The notes beneath the pieces were generated by a model. The model saw only the letters and a program-made list of their open reading frames with translations. It did no database searches and was not told the origin of the DNA. From a virus: DNA of 64,000 nucleotides. How positions within the stretch are numbered: the stretch's first letter is position 1; each line of letters opens with the position of its first letter. Both the position numbers and the translations under genes were made by a program. Below are positions 29,655 through 38,517 of the stretch, one piece after another. The stretch lies in IMG/VR virus record IMGVR_UViG_3300031957_002411, positions 32,001 through 96,000 of that record. One strand, given 5' to 3'.

Positions 29655-31301
29655 ATGAGAAAGAAAAGAATATTATTCTGCACAGAGGCGACATTTCTAA
29701 ACACTGGCTATGCCACCTACACTAGAGAAATGCTTAAGTACTTACACAGTACAGATAAATATGAGTTGGCAGAATTAGCAGCTTACGGAGAACCAAATGA
29801 TCAAAGAGCAAAGGGCATACCTTGGAAATTTTATGGAATTATGCCAACAAATAATGCAGAGACAAATGAATACAATGCTAAACCCACTAACCAGTTTGGT
29901 GAATTTAGATTTGAAGAAATATGTTTAGATTTTAAACCAGATATTGTCTGTGACATCAGGGACTTTTGGATGCTTGACTTTGCAGAAAGGTCTCCATACC
30001 GCAAGTTTTTTAAATGGTGTATCATGCCAACAGTTGATGCAAGACCACAGGCTAGACAGTGGATTGCAACATACTCTTCAGCAGACGCTTGTTTAACATA
30101 TTCCGATTGGGCTGGGGATGTACTTAAACAACAAGCTGGAGATCATATCAATTATTTAGGTTCAGCCCCACCTTCTGCACATCCAGCATATGAACCTAAA
30201 GACAAAATTGCACTACGGAAAGCTTTTGGTATAAATGAAAATGCTAAAATCATTGGCACAGTTATGCGCAATCAACGTAGAAAATTATACCCAGATTTAT
30301 TTAAAGCATTTAGATTACTATTAGACAGTGTAGATAATCCAGAAGAATATTTCTTATATTGTCATACAAGCTATCCAGATCTTGGGTGGGAACTACCAGA
30401 ATTGATACAAGAAAACAACATCGCCTCTCACGTTTTATTTACATATGTTTGTAGAGAAACGCAACAGCCTTTTGCATCTTTGTTTAGAGGTGCTTCTGCT
30501 CAATCTCCCTATACTGGTAAATGGGGATCAACACTATCTAATGTGAGACAAGGCTTAAGTTATGAACATTTAGCAAGTGTAATTAATTTATTTGATTTAT
30601 ATGTTCAGTATGCAAATTGTGAAGGTTTTGGATTACCGCAAGTAGAAGCAGCAGCATGTGCAGTGCCAGTAATGGGTACTGATTACTCTGCTATGGAAAG
30701 TGTTCTCAGGCAACTGGATGGTACGCCCATTAAACCCAAAGCGCTCTATAAAGAGCTAGAAACTGGTTGTCTGAGAGCCGTTCCAGATAATGAACTGGCA
30801 GCAAAATTGTTTAAAGAATTTTTTGAATTACCAAAAACTGTTAGATCTAAAAAAGGTTTTGATACTAGACAGAAATTTTTAGATCTTTTTCAATGGGATA
30901 AATCTGGCAAAGTGTGGGAAAGCTATTTTGATAGTGTAGAAATTAGACCTGATACTGAGACTTGGCTATCGCCAGTTGACATACAAAATCCAGAACCAAA
31001 ACCAACTATATCACCAGAAACTAAGCACAATGATTTAGCACAATGGCTAATTGTAAATGTTCTAAAAGAACCAGATAAAATTGGAAAGTATTTAGAATCT
31101 AGATTAACAAGAGATTTAATGTATGAATGTATGTCTGCATCAACAGCTGGTATGTACTTTAATGAATTTTCTGCTGCTTTTGACGGAAAGAATCAAAGAC
31201 ATCCATTTAATTTTGACATTGCTTATAATGAGATGGCTAACATACGTTTAAGAAAAAACAAATGGGAACAAAAAAGAGCGGAGGTATTTGGGATAGAATG
31301 A
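29655..31301 (+). CDS. glycosyltransferase family 4
   Basis: TGY, VMRNQRRK, EGFGLPQVEAAAC. Confidence 0.9.
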   Translation: MRKKRILFCTEATFLNTGYATYTREMLKYLHSTDKYELAELAAYGEPNDQRAKGIPWKFYGIMPTNNAETNEYNAKPTNQFGEFRFEEICLDFKPDIVCDIRDFWMLDFAERSPYRKFFKWCIMPTVDARPQARQWIATYSSADACLTYSDWAGDVLKQQAGDHINYLGSAPPSAHPAYEPKDKIALRKAFGINENAKIIGTVMRNQRRKLYPDLFKAFRLLLDSVDNPEEYFLYCHTSYPDLGWELPELIQENNIASHVLFTYVCRETQQPFASLFRGASAQSPYTGKWGSTLSNVRQGLSYEHLASVINLFDLYVQYANCEGFGLPQVEAAACAVPVMGTDYSAMESVLRQLDGTPIKPKALYKELETGCLRAVPDNELAAKLFKEFFELPKTVRSKKGFDTRQKFLDLFQWDKSGKVWESYFDSVEIRPDTETWLSPVDIQNPEPKPTISPETKHNDLAQWLIVNVLKEPDKIGKYLESRLTRDLMYECMSASTAGMYFNEFSAAFDGKNQRHPFNFDIAYNEMANIRLRKNKWEQKRAEVFGIE

Positions 31302-32410
31302 AAGTTTTATACATAGGACATTTTAGAGAGGCTGGTGGTTGGTCTAATGCTGCTATAGATTTTGCATTAGCGTTAGATAAAGTTGGTGTTGACGTTGTTT
31401 GTAGAGATATAAAATTAACTGACAAACAATCTGAACTACCAGATAGAATAAAAGAATTAGAACAAAAAACATTAGACAATGTAGATTATTGTATTCAAAA
31501 TGTTTTACCACACCATCTTGTAGCAACGGACAAATTTAAAAAGAATATTGCGTATTTTTTTAGTGAGACAGCATCCATAACTAGCTCTTGGATAGACAAT
31601 CTAAATTTGATGGACGCAGTGTGGGTTCCTAATGAAACTAATCGTGATGCATTACTTGACAGTAAAATTGAAACTAATGTAGATGTCATACCTGTGCCAT
31701 GTGATCTATCTAAATTTGCAAAACAATATGATAAATTAGACATGTTAGAGGTAAATGATCAATTTAAATTTTATACAATGTGTGATTTAAATAGTCGCAA
31801 AAATATAGAATCTATCATAAAGTGTTTTCACAGTGAGTTTTGCAATGGAGAACAAGTAGCATTAGTTTTAAAGATTAATAAATATGGATTGTCTCCAGAT
31901 CAAGTAGGATTAGAATTTGAAAATATATCAAAAAATATAAAGGAACGAATGAGAATCGGCCCTGTTTCAAGTCTTGCAAAAGAAGTTATCATACCTACTT
32001 ATCTATCAAATGATCAAATGGCGCAGTTGCATAAAACTTGCGATTGCTACATCAATCTTTCTCATGGAGAAGCTTGGTCTATACCAGCTTTTGACGCGAT
32101 GGCCTTTGGTAATACACCTATATGTGGCAAAGAAGGTGGACCAAGACAATTTATAAATAAGGGCGATAAAAATACAGGATGTCTCGTAAATGGTGTGTAC
32201 GATGTATGTTTCCATATGGACCCAGCTTTTGATTTTCTCTTTACAGGTAGAGAAGAATGGTTTCACCCAAGTGAATCAGAAGCAAAAAAAGCAATGAGAT
32301 ACTACTACGAAAACAGAGACAAAATTGACAAATCAACTGGCTTGAAACAAGCAGAAAAATTTAATTATGAAGTTATTGGAAATAAGATAAAAGAGGTATT
32401 ACAGTTTTGA
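31298..32410 (+). CDS. glycosyltransferase family 4
   Basis: MKVLYIG, RKNIE, DCYINLSHGEAWSIPAFDAMAFG; start moved to ATG 31298. Confidence 0.88.
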   Translation: MKVLYIGHFREAGGWSNAAIDFALALDKVGVDVVCRDIKLTDKQSELPDRIKELEQKTLDNVDYCIQNVLPHHLVATDKFKKNIAYFFSETASITSSWIDNLNLMDAVWVPNETNRDALLDSKIETNVDVIPVPCDLSKFAKQYDKLDMLEVNDQFKFYTMCDLNSRKNIESIIKCFHSEFCNGEQVALVLKINKYGLSPDQVGLEFENISKNIKERMRIGPVSSLAKEVIIPTYLSNDQMAQLHKTCDCYINLSHGEAWSIPAFDAMAFGNTPICGKEGGPRQFINKGDKNTGCLVNGVYDVCFHMDPAFDFLFTGREEWFHPSESEAKKAMRYYYENRDKIDKSTGLKQAEKFNYEVIGNKIKEVLQF

Positions 32411-33411
32411 GTAATCACAAAATTAAAAAAATAATACAAGCATGTAATTCTCCTAAAAAGGAAAAGTATAACATTCTTACATTTCCTACGCATGAAAGAT
32501 ATGAAACTCAACTGTGTAAAACAGGTCATAACTTTTATTCGTTTAGCATGGATGGTCAAAAAGAGTGGAACGCCGAACAAACTAAACCTCCAGCAAACTA
32601 CTACATACTGCCTAAAAATGAATTACCAGCATTCACAGAAATAGATATGGTATTAGTGCAGAGCAAGTTCTGGCAGTTTCAAATTGCTGCTCAAATATTA
32701 GAAACTTTGCCGGTTCCAATGATTGTTCTTGAACATACTTTACCAACACCACGAACCCATAATCCTGAACAAATTGATCAAATGAGACAAATGACAGGTC
32801 ACGTAAATATATTCATATCTAAATTCTCTCAACAACAGTGGAATATAAATTCTATCAACAATTATGTTCTTCATCATGGTATTGACTCAGAAACTTTTAA
32901 ACCTTTAGATATACCAAAAGAGAATCACATCCTTACAGTTGCTAACGATTTTAAGAACAGAGATTTTTGTTTAAATTACGCAGGTTGGGAAAGAATTACT
33001 AATGGTATGAACGTAAGATTAGTGGGATCAAAGAATGGTGAGGGATCAATAGTGTGCGACAGCGCAGAAGATATGGTTAAAGAATACAATAAATGCAAAA
33101 TATACTTAAATACAACTACGCTTAGTCCAATACCAATGTCTTTGTTGGAAGCAATGGCTTGCGGTTGCGCCGTAGTGTCAACAGCAACATGTATGATTCC
33201 AGAGATTATTAAGAATGGTGAAAATGGATTCATATCGAATGACGAGTCAGAAATAAAAAACATGATAGATACTCTACAAAATAATGATGAACTAAGAAAA
33301 ACTATGGGAGAAAATGCTAGAAGCACCATCACAAAGCACTTTTCTGAAACAGCATTTATAAATAATTGGAATGAAGTATTCAAACAAGTTTATGAGGTTA
33401 GTCAAATATGA
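32407..33411 (+). CDS. glycosyltransferase family 4
   Basis: HGID, PMSLLEAMACG, PEIIKNGENG. Confidence 0.9.
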   Translation: MSNHKIKKIIQACNSPKKEKYNILTFPTHERYETQLCKTGHNFYSFSMDGQKEWNAEQTKPPANYYILPKNELPAFTEIDMVLVQSKFWQFQIAAQILETLPVPMIVLEHTLPTPRTHNPEQIDQMRQMTGHVNIFISKFSQQQWNINSINNYVLHHGIDSETFKPLDIPKENHILTVANDFKNRDFCLNYAGWERITNGMNVRLVGSKNGEGSIVCDSAEDMVKEYNKCKIYLNTTTLSPIPMSLLEAMACGCAVVSTATCMIPEIIKNGENGFISNDESEIKNMIDTLQNNDELRKTMGENARSTITKHFSETAFINNWNEVFKQVYEVSQI

Positions 33412-33830
33412 AAATACAAATTACGGAAGGTCAGGGCAAGAATGTAGAAGGTTATAATAATATACATATAACACATTCTGCTGGATCATTACCACAAATA
33501 GTTGATCATTCTTGTGAGGAAGTAGTTTTAAATAACTCTCTAAGCAAACTTGCTAGACAAGAAAGTCTAGAGGTGCTACAGCTAGCCTGTAGCAGATTAA
33601 GACTAGGTGGTAAAATAGCCATATACGATGTAGATGTTAAGTCTCTTTGCAGAAAGTACGTTAACAAAGAAATTGATCAAACTGAAATGAGTAAAGAATT
33701 GCTTGATCTAACAAACTGTATAGAAATCAATGAAGTAAGAAATATACTAAAGCAACACGGAATTGTTCTAGAATCTTGTGGTATCAAAGGTTATCAATAC
33801 GAAATCATAGGTCATAGAAAAAATACTTGA
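33408..33830 (+). CDS. degenerate methyltransferase-fold protein
   Basis: GYNNI, DHSCEEV, RLRLGG resemble the type-11 MTase at 20152 but lack the LGC SAM motif. Confidence 0.5.
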   Translation: MKIQITEGQGKNVEGYNNIHITHSAGSLPQIVDHSCEEVVLNNSLSKLARQESLEVLQLACSRLRLGGKIAIYDVDVKSLCRKYVNKEIDQTEMSKELLDLTNCIEINEVRNILKQHGIVLESCGIKGYQYEIIGHRKNT

Positions 33831-33831
33831 T

Positions 33832-34575
33832 ATGAATAAACAAAAGTGTATTACCTCTACACGACACACTGATGAGTCCATATCCAAAGAAATGGTGTCC
33901 ATCATTTTCCTGTGTGATACTCCGGGTTATAGAATGAAGTCCTATGGCCCTATGCCTTTGATACCAATGCAAAAAAATAAATTAATAGATTTACAAGTTA
34001 GCAATATTAAGAAGGCATTTCAAAACTTCGAGATAATTCTGTGTGTAGGATATGATGCAGATAAAGTTTGTAAATATGTCAGGGGTAGATTTAAGAATGC
34101 GAATCTAAGAATTGTAGAAAATCAAAACTATCATAAATCAAATTCTTGCGAAGGAGTAAGACTTTGTTTAAATAATATAGTTAATGACAAAATTATAATA
34201 GTTGATGGTAGCTTGCTAGTGCATCCAGACACATTGAGATCAATACACAGTAAAAAATCTTGCATCATGACTGAACAAAAGTTTTATGAAAATTTAGAGA
34301 TAGGCGTGAATGTGGGTGAAGAAGGCATTATAGAGCATTTTGGATTTGGTGCGCATCGCCCTTGGTCTGAAATAGTATATTTAAATAATAACGACATAAT
34401 TGAAAATCTTAGAAGAATTATATCTGGTATAAATTACAAACAAAAATTTTTATTTGAAGGATTAAATGAACTAATAAAAACTAAAAAACATATGATACAA
34501 GTGATTGAAAACACACACCCCATCAAAAAAATAAACAATATAAAAACATACCATAAGCTAAGGGAAATAATATGA
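33832..34575 (+). CDS. sugar-phosphate nucleotidyltransferase-fold protein (divergent)
   Basis: PGYRMKSYGPMPL, CVGY, VENQNY, IVDG. Confidence 0.65.
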   Translation: MNKQKCITSTRHTDESISKEMVSIIFLCDTPGYRMKSYGPMPLIPMQKNKLIDLQVSNIKKAFQNFEIILCVGYDADKVCKYVRGRFKNANLRIVENQNYHKSNSCEGVRLCLNNIVNDKIIIVDGSLLVHPDTLRSIHSKKSCIMTEQKFYENLEIGVNVGEEGIIEHFGFGAHRPWSEIVYLNNNDIIENLRRIISGINYKQKFLFEGLNELIKTKKHMIQVIENTHPIKKINNIKTYHKLREII

Positions 34576-35423
34576 GAATTATCATAGATAATTATAGCGA
34601 TGCGTATACTACCCAACCAATGCAATTTCATAGACAGTTTTTAGAACAAGGGATTGAAAGTAGTATGCTTGACATGTCTAGTGTTAGTGTTTATGACGCT
34701 ATGGATACTTTGAAGCCAGATATATTAATTACGTCTGGAACGAAACTAACTAACTCTATAGTTCAATATCTTAGCGAAGATAAGGGTAAAAAATTAGTAT
34801 TAAACATAGACAATCTACAGAAAGACCAAGTTCAGCAAATTGCCGATCTTTTAAAACAAAACAGCATATCAACAATATGTTTTATAACTTCAGACTACTC
34901 ACTTCCACAAAAGATAGATAAAATAAATGTGGTAAAACTGTTGCCATCTGTGGACACATACATGATTCAAGGATTAGACTTTGATTACAATATAGAGATT
35001 GGATTAGTCATAGACAATTTGATAGATGATATTGGCTATCCCAATACTTTTCATGTTATATCTGCAAATCCAGACCTAGTTAACAAAACTGATATTAGCC
35101 TGAACTGCTTGGGTTTACGTTCTATATACAGTAAGTATAACAACATTGTCATAAAAGATCTAAAAAATGTAAACCAAATACTATTTGACGCTTTAGCTTT
35201 TGGCAATAAGGTATACTACGACAATAAAGAAGACAATGGACTAGGCGAAAAACTAAAATCTATTTTTAAGATTGACTTAGAACTAAATTACAACAATGAA
35301 AACAAAACGCAAGATTTTAGTGAAATTAAAAAGATTATCATGGAAAAGCATACTGATAGTAGAAGAACTAAAAGTCTTCTGTCACAGATAACAGGAAACT
35401 TTAAAGAGGCAAATAATGATTAA
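34572..35423 (+). CDS. hypothetical protein, possibly GT-B-like
   Basis: KPDILI, LFDALAFG, EKHT C-terminus reminiscent of GT/DUF3880 proteins; weak. Confidence 0.5.
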   Translation: MRIIIDNYSDAYTTQPMQFHRQFLEQGIESSMLDMSSVSVYDAMDTLKPDILITSGTKLTNSIVQYLSEDKGKKLVLNIDNLQKDQVQQIADLLKQNSISTICFITSDYSLPQKIDKINVVKLLPSVDTYMIQGLDFDYNIEIGLVIDNLIDDIGYPNTFHVISANPDLVNKTDISLNCLGLRSIYSKYNNIVIKDLKNVNQILFDALAFGNKVYYDNKEDNGLGEKLKSIFKIDLELNYNNENKTQDFSEIKKIIMEKHTDSRRTKSLLSQITGNFKEANND

Positions 35424-35862
35424 TTTAGGAATATATATTAAAGACTTGTCTAACACACCTTTGCTACAGGCTGTACAGTCAGAAATAGCAAAAGCTAAGA
35501 GTGACGGTGACGTATCCGATGTAAGTATCTTTTTTGATGACATAGGACCAATTAACTTTAAAATAGACGCAGGTATTTTTAATTCAACAGATTTGTGGCA
35601 TTTCAACGGACACTTAATAACAACTTGTTTAGAAACATTAATTAAATCTACAAGCATTGTGAATAATATGAATCTGTATTACTGTTTTGATTTACGATCT
35701 GCCTATGATACTTTATCTATGATTAGAGCAGTAAATAAACATGATATATCTACAATAGCATTTGATAATGATAGTGCTATGAATTTTTACAGACTAACTG
35801 GAAGAAAACCTAAAGCTATATGTGATAAGTTTTCTGGAGTTGTCAAAACAATTATGGGTTAG
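35416..35862 (+). CDS. hypothetical phage protein
   Basis: Overlapping ORF in the operon. Confidence 0.65.
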   Translation: MINLGIYIKDLSNTPLLQAVQSEIAKAKSDGDVSDVSIFFDDIGPINFKIDAGIFNSTDLWHFNGHLITTCLETLIKSTSIVNNMNLYYCFDLRSAYDTLSMIRAVNKHDISTIAFDNDSAMNFYRLTGRKPKAICDKFSGVVKTIMG

Positions 35863-35866
35863 AATT

Positions 35867-36631
35867 ATGGAAGAAAATAAAATAGTCAAAGAATATAATG
35901 CTGGTAAGAGTACATACGAAATAGCTAAAGAATATAATACTTACGCAAATAAAGTAAGGCGTATATTAATAAAGCATGGCGTGGCGATAAAGTCAAAAAG
36001 TGATGCTCAAAAGAATGCGCTTAAAAATGGAACTGCAAAAATTCCAACACAGGGTCAAAAGAGGACAAAAGAAGAAAGACTAAAAATCAGCAAAGGATTG
36101 CAGGAGAGATGGACGAATATTAGTGATGAAGAATACGAAAAACATGTAGAACAAGCAAAGAAAAGATGGTCTAAGCTTACAGCGTTAGAAAAGAAAAATA
36201 TGGCTAGTGCAGCATCGTCCGCTATACGCAAAGCAGGTAAAGAAGGGTCTAAATTAGAAAAATTCCTGAAAGAAGAACTGACTAGGAGTGGTCACAAGGT
36301 AGAGGCTCATAAGAAAAATTTGATTCCTAATGAAAGACTAGAAATTGATCTATACTTTTCAAAGCTAAAAACGGTAATAGAAATAGATGGACCATCGCAC
36401 TTCCTACCCGTTTGGGGGGAAGAAAAGCTACAGAAACAGATAAAATCTGATAAAATTAAAACAGGGTTGATTTTAAGCAAAGGCTTTGCTATAATTAGAG
36501 TGAAGCACTTATCTGATTCACTATCCCTGTCAAAGCAGGAGGATTTGAAAAACAGGCTATTGTCAATACTTGAAGACATTGAAACAAGATTTCCGATAAA
36601 ATCTAAGAGGTATATTGAAATTGAAACGTGA
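35867..36631 (+). CDS. putative homing endonuclease (HTH + NUMOD3-like + DUF559/Vsr nuclease)
   Basis: EYNAGKSTYEIAKEY HTH, KRTKEERLKIS, SKLE, EIDL, IEIDGPSH, GFAIIRV. Confidence 0.75.
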   Translation: MEENKIVKEYNAGKSTYEIAKEYNTYANKVRRILIKHGVAIKSKSDAQKNALKNGTAKIPTQGQKRTKEERLKISKGLQERWTNISDEEYEKHVEQAKKRWSKLTALEKKNMASAASSAIRKAGKEGSKLEKFLKEELTRSGHKVEAHKKNLIPNERLEIDLYFSKLKTVIEIDGPSHFLPVWGEEKLQKQIKSDKIKTGLILSKGFAIIRVKHLSDSLSLSKQEDLKNRLLSILEDIETRFPIKSKRYIEIET

Positions 36632-36641
36632 AAGGACTAAA

Positions 36642-37406
36642 ATGTTAGAAACAGAAGAAAACCTTTTTGAAGGAGTAGAAGAATTGAGTACACCATCAAA
36701 CACAGATACGTCTGTAAAAAATGTAGTTTTAGAAGATGCTCCATCTATGCTCTCACCAGAGTGGCATGATTACGCCATGACGCTATTTCAGGAGGATGAG
36801 CTAATGAACGGGCATCCTCTCGTAACGGGCCTTAGAAGGGTATCTGAGCTTGTTTTAGGGCCAATGACGTTTAGTGGTCCAACTTGGGTAAAACCTACAG
36901 ATCGTGACGACCATCATGGAAGGGCCACAGTCATATTTACAATAGAATTTGCCAATGGTTTAAGATGCTCAGAGGTAGCAGATTCTTGGGAAGGCAATAC
37001 AGACGACATGTTTTGCGCATTCGCTGTAGCTATTGCTAGCACAAGAGCAGAAGCTAGGGCGTTGCGTAAAGTCCTTAAGATCAAGGGCGTTGCAGCAGAA
37101 GAACTTACAAAGAAAGATACAGCAAAAATTGTGCGAGATCTATCAAAACAAAACAGCAGTAGTGCTGGAGAATTTGATGATTCTAGCAGAATGAGTGATG
37201 CACAATACAATTTTATTGATGTAAAGTGCAAACAGCTGAATGTGGATGGAGGAAAGTTATTCAAGGATGTGTTTAAGGTAGATCAAAATCGCAAGATTTC
37301 TAAGAAAGTGGCAAGTGATATTATTGGAGTTCTCAATAATTATCAACAAGATAAAAGTACTATACCCAGCGAATTAGTGGGTTATAACCAAGAGTGGAGA
37401 AATTAA
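36642..37406 (+). CDS. putative Rad52/Sak-like ssDNA-annealing protein
   Basis: GLRRV, ATV, AD, ASTRAEARALRKVL, AEE; C-terminal SDAQ...ASDII helical module; AAGGA RBS. Confidence 0.55.
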   Translation: MLETEENLFEGVEELSTPSNTDTSVKNVVLEDAPSMLSPEWHDYAMTLFQEDELMNGHPLVTGLRRVSELVLGPMTFSGPTWVKPTDRDDHHGRATVIFTIEFANGLRCSEVADSWEGNTDDMFCAFAVAIASTRAEARALRKVLKIKGVAAEELTKKDTAKIVRDLSKQNSSSAGEFDDSSRMSDAQYNFIDVKCKQLNVDGGKLFKDVFKVDQNRKISKKVASDIIGVLNNYQQDKSTIPSELVGYNQEWRN

Positions 37407-37739
37407 ATGAAGCTTACATATACAACAGGAAATAAGAGGATCACAGCAGAATTTGAGGCAGATACTCACAGAGAGTTGTTTACTCAAATTTCTAAGTTTC
37501 AAGAAGTGTTTGAGGAAACTAAGTGTGGCAAATGTGGTTCTGAAAATCTTAGATTTGTAGTAAGGACTGTAGACGACAATGAATATTACGAACTAAGATG
37601 CACTGACTGTGGAGCTAAACTTGCATTTGGCTCAATGAAGAAGGGTGGAGGTCTATTCCCTAAACGTAAGGATGGAGACACTTGGCTACCTGATGGTGGT
37701 TGGCAGAAGTGGAATCCAAAGAAAAAGGCTATGGAGTAA
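37407..37739 (+). CDS. zinc-ribbon protein
   Basis: CGKCGS...YELRCTDCGAKLAFG. Confidence 0.7.
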   Translation: MKLTYTTGNKRITAEFEADTHRELFTQISKFQEVFEETKCGKCGSENLRFVVRTVDDNEYYELRCTDCGAKLAFGSMKKGGGLFPKRKDGDTWLPDGGWQKWNPKKKAME

Positions 37740-37773
37740 AAAGAAGGGGGTAGCGAAAGCTACCCCTTTTTTT
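37740..37773. terminator. bidirectional intrinsic terminator between convergent arms
   Basis: A-rich flank, stem GGGGTAGC (37747-54), GAAA loop, GCTACCCC (37759-66), T7 run; lies between two convergent stop codons. Confidence 0.9.
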
Positions 37774-38470
37774 ATGTCAAATACTCTACTGTAAAATAGA
37801 GTCCATATTGAGTCTTACTTCCAACAATATCTGGCTCAGAACTTAGAGCCACATACCAATCATGAAAAGTAGAAGAATGTGTGCTAGATTGATTTGTTGT
37901 ATATCCAAGACCTGTATCCGTGTCATTTGCACTAGTATTTTTACCGCTAGGTCCGGGTGAATTAGTGAACGTCATATCTGTCATTGCGATACCAGAACCA
38001 AAAGTTTGCCAAGTATTTTCTGTTCTCCCTCTAAAATCGAGTTGATTTTTAGTTTGGTCTGTAGCAGGATGTCTAGCTTCGTAAACATATGTGGTTACGC
38101 CGTATGCATTATTATCTATATCAGATCTATCAAAAATACGTAATTTACAATTTTGTACTTTATAAGATGTATCTGACTCAAATCTAATATTTAGTGGGCA
38201 TAGGTAATTAGGTAGATTATTAAGATTAATTGCTGTAGCACCATTTACTGATACTGTCGATCCACCGTCTTGATACGCTGTATTGTTGAGCTGTGCGGCC
38301 TCTGTCGTGCCATCAGCGCTAGTAACAAACGTTGTAGTTTGTACATTATCAACAGGAACGGAAGCACCAAAAGAGCTACCATAGAAGCCTATACCGCTAC
38401 CCGCTGTATGATCAATCAAAGTCTCTGTATCTGTGCCTTTTATATTGGCATAAAATTTAATATCTGGCAT
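37772..38470 (-). CDS. hypothetical virion protein
   Basis: Thr/Gly/Asn-rich beta-type composition; AGGAG RBS; last gene of the - strand arm. Confidence 0.7.
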   Translation of the reverse strand: MPDIKFYANIKGTDTETLIDHTAGSGIGFYGSSFGASVPVDNVQTTTFVTSADGTTEAAQLNNTAYQDGGSTVSVNGATAINLNNLPNYLCPLNIRFESDTSYKVQNCKLRIFDRSDIDNNAYGVTTYVYEARHPATDQTKNQLDFRGRTENTWQTFGSGIAMTDMTFTNSPGPSGKNTSANDTDTGLGYTTNQSSTHSSTFHDWYVALSSEPDIVGSKTQYGLYFTVEYLT

Positions 38471-38503
38471 GGAAAAACTCCTATAAAATGGTGTCTACGT
38501 ATT

Positions 38504-38512
38504 ATTATACAC
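38504..38512 (-). promoter_or_regulatory. GTGTATAAT motif (candidate late promoter)
   Basis: Identical 9-mer in two short intergenic gaps upstream of - strand genes. Confidence 0.45.
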
Positions 38513-38517
38513 GAAAA

